Of a stretch of 64,000 bases of DNA, positions 52,801 through 64,000 are shown in pieces. The stretch is from Haliotis rubra (lineage: Eukaryota): contig NW_025766181.1 of the NCBI RefSeq assembly GCF_003918875.1, positions 558,001-622,000 on the forward strand, written 5' to 3'. The translations under genes were made by a program, and so were the position numbers. Position 1 is the first letter of the stretch. Each line of letters begins with the position of its first letter. The notes under the pieces are model-generated. The model did not search any database, was not told the DNA's origin, and was given only the letters and a program-made list of their open reading frames with translations.

Positions 52801-55433
52801 AGTTCGACGAGAAACTTGATCATTGGGAAATGATTGCTCACGAAGCGTTGTCTGATCACGCTGAGTTGCTTGGTTTCGACGCGATGCTTGATTTCGACTA
52901 GAACCTTGATCAAGACGAGAAGCCTGGTCATTTGGAAATGATTGCTGACGGACAGTTGTTTGTTGATCACGCTGAGACACTTGGTTGCGGGCTGCTTGGT
53001 TACGGAAAGTGGCTTGATCACGAGGAGAATTTGTTTGATCGCGAGGAAAACTTGTTTGATCACGACGGAATGTTTGATCTCCAGCAGATGCTTGATCCCG
53101 TTGAGGCCCTTGGTCACGAGATGTTTGATCACGACGAGAAGTTTGATCACGGGGAGATGTTTGATCACGGCGGGGAGCCTGATCACCATTAGACATGAAG
53201 GTGGTATTTTGTAGCCGAGTCATTTCCTTGGAAACGCGGGCATTTCCTTCTTGAGGACGCAGATTGTCCATTGATGCCGTGTTGATCTGCTCTGCTGACT
53301 CCATGTTTGACACGGTGGGAGTGTTTGTCTGTTGCATTGTCTGTCCCATGCGCCTTGAATTACGAACCATATTGGGAGTTTGCATCCTCTGTGTGGTTCG
53401 ACTTGGTGTTGGCATCATTGTCGGTGCTGGCCCTGGTGCTGCCGCGTTTGGAGTGGGTCGTCTCATATTCCGGAAACCACCAGGCTGTCTCGGGTAGAAG
53501 CGGCTACCCTGCTGCCTATTTCCCCCTGTGGGAAAACCTTGTCTAGACATTCTTCCCGGAAACGGCGAGTTGAATGGCCTTCTTCCAAAGCTGCCCCTAA
53601 AACTGTTGGGCCGACCTGAAAAAAACATTACAGGAACATTACTTAAAGTAATGCGGACACCATGCTGAACATTTGTCAGGAAATGGGAATCAGCCATTCT
53701 ACTGAGTAAGAGCATTTACATTTCTTCCAGACTCAACCTCTCCCTGGACTTATTGGCTAACATCAAACGCCAAAACGTGTAATTTGTTGTGGGATATTAT
53801 AGCGTTTCCCGAATGTGCTGAAATCTTGTGGTTTTTTAAGAAGAATCACATAACGTACCCATATCTCCCATGTGGGGAGGAAAGGGAAATCCAGGGGGGA
53901 ACGGCATTGGTCCAGCTTGTCGTCTGTGTCCTGAAATATAAGCGTGGATATTTGTGTGGATATTTGTTTTCATAACGGGAGAGACTCAGGTCACACAATT
54001 AGCTGCAGCACACACTATCTGATATGAGATAAAGAAGTCAGGCTGTGATGAGACGGAACTGACAACACTTGATGTTTGTTGTTGTTTTTGTTGTTGTTGA
54101 TTAACGTCGCGCTCAGCAATATTCCAGCTATATGGCGGTAGTCTGTAAATAATCGAGTCTGGACCAGACAATACAGTGTTCAACAACATGAACAAGTCAG
54201 CGAGCCTGACCACCCGATCTCGTAACTCGCCGCTTACGACAAGGATAGGTTACCTAAGATCAATTCTAAACCGGATTTTCACGGGTACCACAACACTTAA
54301 GACTGACCAATACACCTCGGAGAGTGCGGGTAAAACATATTACATATTGTTCAACGCGTCCAAAACATATATGCCCCTTAAATCAAATTGTATGGCCTCT
54401 TACTAATTAATTACACTACTGCCATGTTATGGAAACTATACAACTCTTCACGAATATTAGAAATGTGTGGGAAAAGAAAGTATATGGACGGTGTCCATTT
54501 TTTAATTAATAACTGCAACGTATGTTGTGAAATATGATTAGGTATATTCAACCTTCGCACATTCCAGCAAAAGTTTCTAGAACGTATCAGTTGGCTGGGT
54601 AATTTGAGGAAAACAGGACTCGATAACCATACCAGTTAAAATATTGATATCGTTTGATATGCAATGATAGCTACCATATCGTATTTAAATATATGCTGAA
54701 AAATAAATTCGTCATTCTCTTAACCATTTAACAACTATGATTCTCGATAACGTTTGGTTGCAACAGTATACTTCAACTCACGATGATGGTCTTCAGCTAA
54801 CTCTCCTCCAGAGGTTTGGGATAACATGTCTGCTTTGCCAGTCGCTGAAGAGAAAAGAACATATTGTCAGTGCTTTTGTCAAGTTCAGCCGAAGTGCTGT
54901 AAAATAAGTATACATCCGTGTTTGATGGGACTAAATATGTGACGTACAGTCGATGGCGATATATATTTGAGTCCTAGCTTACTTATCAGATAGACTAATA
55001 TATCGGATACTTTCAAACATTTACTAATTCTACAGATAATCCTTATATTGGCGTTTACTTGATCCTTGAAGTCGATTCACATGTTAAAATAGATCAACAT
55101 AGTTGAAATGATAAAAGAACAAAGATAAAATGCTAAAATAACATAGACCTAGTTGAAATGGAACGTACATTTATAAATAAATATACAAGTAAAACCTATC
55201 GATTTTTCAGGAATATTTTCTATCTCAACCTAGCTAACAAATAATAAGGATACTAAAACCCAAACAATACTGATGTTTACGTACTAGGTGTATGAACATA
55301 TACAGTCTATCTGTAATATTAAATGAAGTCAATCAGATAATTGTTCTAATCTATGAGTGTACTCACCATAAGTTGTCATACTTCCCAGAACGACCACGCC
55401 GAGTACCGTGAAAATCGTGTTTAATTTCGTCAT
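49831..55433 (-). CDS. Large secreted repetitive low-complexity protein, 1328 aa (exons 55433-55367, 54844-54782, 53930-53859, 53615-49831)
   Basis: MTKLNTIFTVLGVVVLGSMTTYA signal peptide; three phase-1 GT-AG introns splice in frame; RHRR site; RDQxS hexapeptide block; ~55-aa QDFQQ repeats; upstream donor at 56050. Confidence 0.88.
54071..54289 (-). mobile_element. SINE family B in intron
   Basis: Reverse match to 63537 copy, (CAA)n tail, TSD ACAACACTT at 54062-54070 and 54290-54298. Confidence 0.8.
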
Positions 55434-56351
55434 GATGTAAAACTGGAATATTAAACAGGCAATATTTAAGAAAACTGTTCCACTTGATGCAAATCGTCAA
55501 TATCAACACTGCCTATATTAGCCAACTATGGTAAAAGAGTAAGGTCCCTTTGCATATGAAAGATGTTTCTGTTAGTAATCATGCGTCGTCGATAAGACTT
55601 CGATAGACGAAATCCTAGCAAACTGAAGGACGGCAGACAATAACAGATAAACGATATTTATTATAAAGATTACGCGGAGAAAAGTAGCATGAAACACATA
55701 AAATGACTCAGACCCTAGGGACTTAGTTACTGAGTGAATTGGATTTTAAGCCGCATTTAACAGTATCCCAGCAACATCATATGATGATATCAGAAGTTAC
55801 GGGAATGAACTCGGTCTTTCCTGATGATGGACTCACGTGTTAACCACTAGGTCCGCCCTCCCCGTCGCAATTTTCAAGATGTTTTAAAATTACCGCTCCG
55901 ATTATCATAATTTGAAACGAAATCTGCCTACATTTAACATGGGAATGGTGTTGTTATACTGCTACTGCACAAATACACGGTCACCCATTGGCATGTAAAC
56001 ACACGTTAAAAGATCTATTTAAGCACATACAAAAGAACAAAAGCACTTACAGTGGTCTCCACTGCTTGTTGGACCTTGTGGAGTGGATGTTGGACACTGT
56101 GAGCACGGTGTTTTTGTCTCCGTCGTGACGTAACACTGACCCACGTCACATGTAAAGCGAGCCACATTAGTACCATAAATCACACTTTAAGCGCCCGGGG
56201 TGTGACGATATATCGTTACAATTACACGATGGTCAGTTTTACCGATGACAGCATCATGAGTATCCTGCTTGACAAGTCAATCGATTGGCGTAATTAGCAT
56301 CGCGTGTCACAAAGCCTTCCGTCACTGCACAGTGTACTTGTACAGGGGAGT

Positions 56352-58296
56352 TTTCAAGATCAAGATCAAGATGGTTTATTGTACATAAGGCCTCTGGCCC
56401 GTATACATAGTATTGTAATGACAGGCAAGGTATGGACATTGCAAACAGTGGAAAGCATCATGACATTGTTAGGTTAGTTGACAGGAGAAAGTAAACACTT
56501 CCTTAAAGACAGCGAATGTGTTAAAAACAGGGCTAATTTTACATGGACAGATTCGTCTTTTGATGATAAAATTCTTATAAGTGTTTCCCTTGTAGGGTGA
56601 CCCAGATATTTTTGTGGAATGTACTCCTTTCTTAAATCGGCATAAGCGTCACATATAAATAACAGATGATATTCGTCTTCGATATCCGCCATACAGACAG
56701 GGCAAAATCTGAGATGTTTGGCGAGTGACTTGTTACGGCCAGTATTGATCATTATATCAGTCAAGCCAAGTCTAAATCTAATAACTGTATTTCTAAATTT
56801 CTTGCTTGTAATGTTTGATAGATATGTCTCAGGTTCGATCAATGATTTAAGGGATCTATATACGTCAAATCTTGAACTTAGATTCAGGGTATTCATCCAA
56901 TTCTGGCGAAACATATCCACGGCTCTTTGGCGAAATTCATTCATAAACAGCCACTCGTTACCGACACCTTGGAAAATCCACACATATCCAAATCCATACG
57001 AAAATAACAGATATCTTATATTTGATGCCCATGTTACATAACCAATATTATCTAAATTAAGTAGCATGTTATATGACTTTCTTGGTAGACGCTGTTCATG
57101 CATTTTCAGTATTTTGAACCAGTATTTTATGCAGCGAAGGTGAGAGTTTATATAAAGTGGGTATCTTCCGCATTCTCCATATACCATAAAGTTTGGTGTT
57201 GTAATGTTAACATTAAGGAACTTCTTACACGCCAATAGATGTATTTTTTCAATCGGTTCAAAAGTCTTGAAACCCCATATCTCCGCCCCATACAAAAGCA
57301 TTGGTTGTATCTGTGCATCGAAAAGTTTTAAAAACATCTTTGGTGTTATTGGCGCTAATGGATATAGTGATGAAAGCAGATACACCAGAGCCTTTTTTGC
57401 TTTTGCTGATAAGGCAATAGCAGCTTTACCCATATTCAATGCATAATTAAAAAGTATTCCAAGATATTTGTATTCAGAAACTATTTGCATTGGAATGCCG
57501 TTATAAGACCATTTATCGCCATTAGCGATTGGTCCACCCCTTCTAAATACAACAATATTTGACTTATCAAGATTAACATCTAATTTCCATTCTTTCGAGT
57601 AGTTCTCCAGATTGTATAATTGGTTCTGTAAACCTACCACTGAGTCCGATACTAATATCACGTCGTCAGCAAACAGTAGCATTAAAATCTCCAAAATATC
57701 AGGATATAGTTGTACACCATGTTTGCCTTAATGAATTATTTCATTTTCCAATTCGCTAATGAAGAAGGAAAAGAGAATAGGGCTTAACAAACATCCTTGC
57801 TTCACACCCAGTGGGCACTCAAAATAGTCAGTGAATCCCCCATTGCTACGCACACAAGCCTTTACGCTGGCATAAATACCTCGTAACATAAATAACATTT
57901 TCCCATCTAATCCCGCCCGCTTTAAACAAGCCCACAATCTCTGTCGATTTACAGAGTCAAATGCTTTCGTAAAGTCAATAAATGCTACATATATTTTACG
58001 TTTTCTTCTTATTAAGTCCTTTTGCACAACTGCATACTATGTAAAATATGATCAGATGTGGAATAACCTTTCCTAAAGCCAGCTTGTATTTCAGGAATTT
58101 TATCTCTAATATTAGCCCACATGTTTAATCTTTTGTTGAGGATAGATGTAAACAATTTACCAATACTACTCGTCAGAGATATGCCTCTGTAATTGTCAGG
58201 GTTATTGATGTCACCCGTCTTATGTAGAGGGACTATGATAGACTGTGCCCAGGTTCTTGGAAAGTATCCAGTCTTAAAAACATAGTTAAAACATTA
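56352..58296 (-). mobile_element. 5'-truncated non-LTR retrotransposon (RTE-X-like RT), with stops
   Basis: NYRGISL, QAGFRKG, FIDFTKAFDSV, GVKQGCLLSP, LFADD, YKYLG, CPVC...EDEYH...C; AATAAA + (ATCTTG)n tail. Confidence 0.92.
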
Positions 58297-60759
58297 GTTA
58301 GAAAGGCCTGATTGTATTGTATAACACACATATATCACCAGCGACACCGAGAGATAAGCTCGTGTCAGTCATTCCTTGCCCAAGATTCACTTTTGTAGAT
58401 TTACAAATGTGCAAAATATGTTTAAGCGAGGCATACGATGACAGAAACATCACTCTAGATAAAACAACTACTATGGTGATGATGATGATGATGAAGAGGA
58501 GGAGGAGGCAACACGTGCCTATGGAATTGTACATTTGACTCTTGTTTCAACATAAATCTCATGTGGACATTGTATTTAGACACACATGGAATGTCTCTCT
58601 GTCTATATATATACTATAAAAGCGACAAAACCCTTTCCACTTCCAGAAGAAATCTTTGCTAAAAGCAGAGTCGATTGTACAATTGTAACTTGATCAAGAG
58701 TATATGTTTTTTTCAGGAGTATTACAGCTGTACGATGTTTGTTTGTAAACACATCGAGTCTGGAACAAACAATCCAGTGATTGTCACCATGCGATGACAG
58801 AGCGGGGTCACTGTAAAATGATATCATGTGAGCCTATACTACCCCACAAGATATGCCCACGTTTCCATGAAGGAAAGTTTTCGACATAATAGTAATGGAG
58901 TGGTCTTAACATTAGCAAATTGATGTTTTCATAATTCTTCTGATATACTGAGGGACTGGTATCATGATATCTGTTATCTGTAACATAAGTCTATTTCATG
59001 AAAGGTCAGTTATATGGAAACATTTATTTCCTCAGGAAACTCAAGGACAGTTTTGCTCGGTTACATTCCAATCCTTATGGAAAGTTATTTCTATACCCAA
59101 ATCACGCACTCTATCCTAAAACCTGTTATGATAGGTTTACCACAAGGTTAAGTCCTCCCTCCACTATTATTCATCAGAAGTTTAAACGATCGTGTGGACT
59201 GTATCGACAGTAATTTGCGTGCAAATGGCATACCTTGTATGTCATAGCTTATAACGTATATGCCTCAATGAGAATTTCAATATATATTTGAAAGAAAGTG
59301 GATGTCGGCCAAAATATGACAATGTTTTTAGGTTCAAGGTTTTTAGTTTACAGGACTATTCAACCTTTATCCTTCACGAGTTCTCGATATAACAGTACAT
59401 GAAGTACATTATACATAAACAACTACATAAACTTGTACATTGTTTGACCACAACACGAGGATCTCAACTAAACCTAGCTGGTACGGTATAATAGAAAGTA
59501 AATAGTGACCTCTGTTTCGTCCGTCTGAGAAAGGCCTGTCAAACAGTCGATCCCTTGTTTTACTTTCGTATCTTGAAAATTCTCCGAATAAAATAGAAAC
59601 AGACGGACTAAGCATTAAACCTTTTAATTTGCGATCGCGACGGGTTTTTCATACGTAGCTGAATGTTTTTCCTACATGACATTGTACGTTTAACCATAGG
59701 TTAAGGCTAGTATATGTTGTCTTATAGTTTCTCTTTTACCCTGTTTTGCATTTTTTTACTTAAACTAATTCCGTCAAATAAGAGAGAATGATTATTATCT
59801 GATGTTGCCGTTTTGTAATTTCAGAATTACTAATGTTATGATATTTATCGGTCATGTCTTCACAGTTGTTTGGTTTTTTTTCAGAATAATAAGTGTCTAA
59901 TGTCTGTAACAAAAACATTTGTAAAATATTTGTCATTATATAAATGGCATCATGACAAATATATTGACACTCATGATGTGTCACTGCTTCCTGTTGTGTC
60001 GACGTCGAAATGTCAATCAAACACTTCATTGTACATTCCATGTCTACTCGGGCGTTACAACAACAACAATAGAAACATGATTGAACAGATGCCTTAGGCT
60101 TGAACTTGTTTGTAGCCTCTGGTTATTGACAGAACAAAGCTATTATAGTCTTGATCACATCGCCTGTAACGGTTCCCCTCCCAATGTAATTTGTATCCTT
60201 ACTCATACGGTTCCTACAATAAAGCAGTATGTGGACTGCAATCCATTCTATAATGGTGGATTCTACCTGTCTTCGTTAACGAGTAGAAACTACTTAAAGT
60301 AAATGGCATAAATACATTTGTATATTTCTTGATAAATGCATATGAATCGGACTTTTGCTGAGATGTTTAACCTTTAGGTATATCGATGAGAAAATAGCGT
60401 TCAATAACCATCAAATAGTGAATTCCCTTCCACGAATTTCCTTCAAATTAAGGAGACAAGTGAGACTGCTTCAACCGTTTCATATTTAGATCTATAAATT
60501 CAAACGGATGATTTCAACTTTGCAGCAGTCCATTTTTCCTTTCACGTCGACCAATATTCCAACAGCTTCAGTCTTTGGTGTATATTTGTGGTGTATGTTT
60601 GAGGTACAACGGAACATGCCCTTTTTAAGCAAGATTTCGGAGATCGTCATAGACATCTTAATCAGACGTTGTTTGATCAAATTTACAACATCCAAGACCG
60701 CAGAAACATTCAAAATGTTTTGTTATTGACATGTGGAGACAATTTTTAAAATTTGATGC

Positions 60760-61060
60760 CCGAGATCGGAAGGTCGCGGGTTCGATCCCCGGCCGCGTCG
60801 TACCATAAGACGTTAAAATATGGTACTTGTTGATCCCTGCCTGGCGCTCGGTATTAATGGCTACAACAAGGACTGGTCGGCTCGGAGTCAGTATAATATT
60901 CATGTTTCACTGCGGCATGGTATCTCAGTGGGCTAGCACTATACAACCAGCTTAGGTCGGGGCAAGTACAAGCAGCCACACATACAAACTCAAACACGTC
61001 GTCATATGAGCGAAATATTCTTAAGTGCGACGTTAAACCCCATTTCACCTCACCTCACCG
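60760..61060 (+). mobile_element. tRNA-derived SINE family C (Meta/RUDI-like core), 5'-truncated
   Basis: GGTTCGATCCC B box, GACTGGTCGGCTCGGAGTCAGTATAAT core, (CACCT)n tail, 11-bp TSD AAATTTGATGC. Confidence 0.8.
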
Positions 61061-61545
61061 AAATTTGATGCATCGGTGACAAAAAAGATGTCAGATTCAA
61101 ATCCCTATTTTGGCATGCACCATACTTTACAGATTTGCTTCAGGTGAACAATTGTTTAGCCTTTGCATAATTATGTTAATGACGGGTGTAACCGGTGGAG
61201 CAGGATACGCTCACCTTATTGCGAACACCTGGTGTCGTCACATTTTGATAATGATTCATAAACACAAGCCTTGTCGTCGAATCTCATTGTGTCAATCACT
61301 GGATTGTCTGGTTCAGACTCTTATTGTTTACAAACTACGCCGAACTACAGTAATACTGCTGAGTGCGGCGTCAAGCAAACAGATACCCGTGATACAGACA
61401 GAATTGTAAATCTACGCCTCTTTCAGCAGAGATGCCTTACGGATGTGAAAATGGTTTTGTCGTTTATATTTGTTATGAGACGTGTAGTATTGGGTCAAGT
61501 TATTAACGCTTGTAACATGCCAGTTCTCTGGGGCCTTTGTTTTAA

Positions 61546-62590
61546 AGACTAGTGGTAACAGGCGAAGAATATCTAGTCCTTTGTGCAAGATAGTAGTGGT
61601 TTGAAGTGATTTATATTGGACCCTTTGTACTAAACGACAGTGGTAAGATTACTAAGAGGCGAGTTATAGCTGGTCCTTTCGCCTTAGCGTTAGGACTAAG
61701 AGGCAAGTTATATCAGGTCATTTATCTTGAACGCAAAGATTAAGAGGCATGTTATGTATGGTCCTTTGTGTTGCACGCTAGGAGTAGGAGGCAAGTTATA
61801 TCTGGTCCATTGTGTTGCACGCTAGGAGTAGGAGGCAAGTTATATCTGGTCCATTGTGTTGCACGCTAGGAGTAGGAGGTAAGTTATATCTTGTCCATTG
61901 TGTTGCACGCTAGGGGTAGGAGGCAAGTTATATCTGATCCTTTGTGTTCCACGCTAGGAGTAGGAGGCAAGTTATATCTTGTCCATTGTGTTGCACGCTA
62001 GGACTAGGAGGCAAGTTATATCTTGTCCATTGTGTTGCACGCTAGGAGTAGGAGGCAAGTTATATCTGATCCTTTGTGTTGCACGCTAGGAGTAGGAGGC
62101 AAGTTATATCTTGTCCATTGTGCTATATGCTAAGAGTAAGAGGCACGTTATACCTAGTCATTTCGCCTTAACGTTAGCAGTAAGAGGCAGGTGATATCTG
62201 GTACTTTGTGCTAAACGCAAGGAGTAAGAAGTGGTACATGTTGGGTCCCTTGTGCTAAACCCTAGGAGTATTGAATGAACAAACTTTATGGCTGACAACT
62301 TCTTTTATTTCGTGAGTGCTACGTTTCGATGCAGATTCTTGTACCGGTGTCAAGCAGGAATGTAACATGAAGAGCAGGAGATGTATACATACTGAGTGTA
62401 ACAAAGAACAAATATCGTTCGTCCCAACTCCTAAAATGCCACTCAAAGAAGAAACATGCTGTGATATATATTGGGTCCTTTGTTCTAAACGCTGGGAGTA
62501 AGAGGCGAATTACGTCTGGACCTTTGTGCTAAATGTTATGAGTAAGAAGTGATTTATATTAGGTCATTTGCGCTAAACGCTAGTCGCAAG
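61546..62590 (+). repeat. 44-bp minisatellite with homogeneous centre and diverged edges, interrupted at ~62270-62450
   Basis: Unit TGTGTTGCACGCTAGGAGTAGGAGGCAAGTTATATCTGGTCCAT, e.g. starts at 61811 and 61855. Confidence 0.92.
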
Positions 62591-63536
62591 ATTCGAGTCT
62601 GATCCTACATATACATAAAACTGAGCGCAAGTTTCGCTACCGTAGTCATTAACTGTAACACTAAGGAGGGGAGAGTATCGAGATGGTTGTGATACACGTT
62701 AGTGATGAGAGTCAACTGGTATCGTTCACGTGAGTGCAAGCATATTGTGCAGCTATTTACATTGTTTTGTCTCATTTATTTGTATAATTTTAACAAGCAA
62801 AATCATCACCTAAACGTGTATCAACAGTAAGAAATGTTTACTTCATGAGTCAGTTTCAGGTGTCGAGCAGGTGGCACGCAGGTGCATCAAGATTTGTGGG
62901 TATTTAATCAAATCTGCTCAAGCGCATACACAAAATAAAAAGCAATCGGAAAATGTCAACGATGATATTTTAAGCTGTCAGTCGGTCGTACAATTACTTT
63001 TTTCAGAAAATAAACAACCAAATATAGGAACGTATACTCTTAATAAAATGGAACCCATGGGTTTTTTTTAAACCGCATGTTGACTTTAACTGCTTTAAGA
63101 TAATTCTCGATATGATGAATGTGATGTCGCATATGATATCTGTATCAAACACATCACTATCGAATAAACATTTCTTGTTTGCGTAATTCTAAGACATCAT
63201 ATTTTTGCCTGTTCGTTCTCCATCACGGGGCATGCATTTGCAAAGATCAAAATTTCACGGTCCTTCTGGACGTTCTAAAAAATATTTATTGTAAAAACGA
63301 CCGAAAATACATTCGAGGGCACAACAAAATTAATGTATGATTTTGACGGGTTACGGGATTAAATCAAATTTAATCATTAGTAACAAGTTACTCCTTTGTT
63401 GGTTTTCACTTTTACAATTTCGTTCCAGTAAAACATTGCTGTTTGAACCAAAGTAACTGAGTAGTATTAACAAGTTATGAAACAAGAACTTCACCTACTA
63501 CAACTATGATACTACTATCTGTATACACAACAAAAT

Positions 63537-63762
63537 ATGACTCGTGAAGATGCGGGTTAGAATTGGTCTTCAGTAACCCATGCTTGTCGTAGGAGGCGAC
63601 TAACGGGATCGGGTGGTCAGGCTCGCAATCGGTTCCCAATTGCGCAGATCGATGCTCATGCTGTTGATCACTTGATTGTCTGGTCCAGACTTGATTATTC
63701 ACAGATCAACGCCATATAGCTGGAATATTGCTGAGTTAGGCGTAAAACTAAACTCACTCACT
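63537..63762 (+). mobile_element. SINE family B, near full-length
   Basis: (ACTC)n tail; TSD CACAACAAAAT at 63526-63536 and 63763-63773. Confidence 0.85.
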
Positions 63763-64000
63763 CACAACAAAATGTCAGTGAAAAACAATTTCATGCCCAG
63801 AATTGAAAGATGCGTAACTAAAATCTGTCCACGCATCCTGTCTTGAACAAAAAAGGAATTGTCACGGAGGAATTGTTTCGACTTGGTCACGTGTGATGGG
63901 AAGTTGATAATGGATAGAATACTCGACACTCTTCAGTTCTGGAGTAGAATCAACACATTAGCGTAATTTCTGTCACTCAACAGAAAAAGCGACCAAACCC

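Noticed and set aside
49868-53619. Antisense and alternate-frame ORFs over the large exon (e.g. 52488-53189 VIK repeats)
   Set aside because: Shadows of repetitive coding sequence
53616-53715. ORF-track N-termini of the large ORF and of ORFs 7786, 14038, 21241, 36689, 46380
   Set aside because: Intronic read-through upstream of clear polypyrimidine-AG acceptors; real starts are in upstream signal-peptide exons
61546-62590. CRISPR-like array
   Set aside because: Head-to-tail units without unique spacers, eukaryotic context, no cas genes

Overview
AT-rich animal genomic DNA, most likely a mollusc (gastropod/abalone-like, inferred from the SINE and transposon content), with two assembly gaps. 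Two systems stand out. (1) A cluster of six intron-containing genes for secreted low-complexity proteins that the ORF track only partly captures: four tandem copies of a Gln-rich gene (ATG at 7047, 13072, 20280, 35757), a Gly/Pro-rich gene (44815-46981) whose C-terminus shares a ~45-aa 'DGSDA' module with them, and a convergent 1328-aa Arg/Gln- then Gly/Met/Asn/Asp-rich repeat gene (55433-49831). All have an acceptor just before the ATG, a signal-peptide exon and phase-1 coding introns, and five have an RxRR furin-type site whose first Arg codon is split by an intron. (2) A young 8.2-kb composite DNA transposon of the KolobokP type (23343-31510): ~450-bp long terminal direct repeats (LTDRs) with their own 18-bp TIRs, plus a His-Me finger nuclease and a DDD/E transposase. 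Here it has an LTDR-INT-INT-LTDR layout, with a clean LTDR-empty site between the two internal regions. It is nested in a Tc1 element inside the tandem array. The rest is Tc1/mariner, non-LTR, Penelope and SINE debris plus a 44-bp minisatellite.
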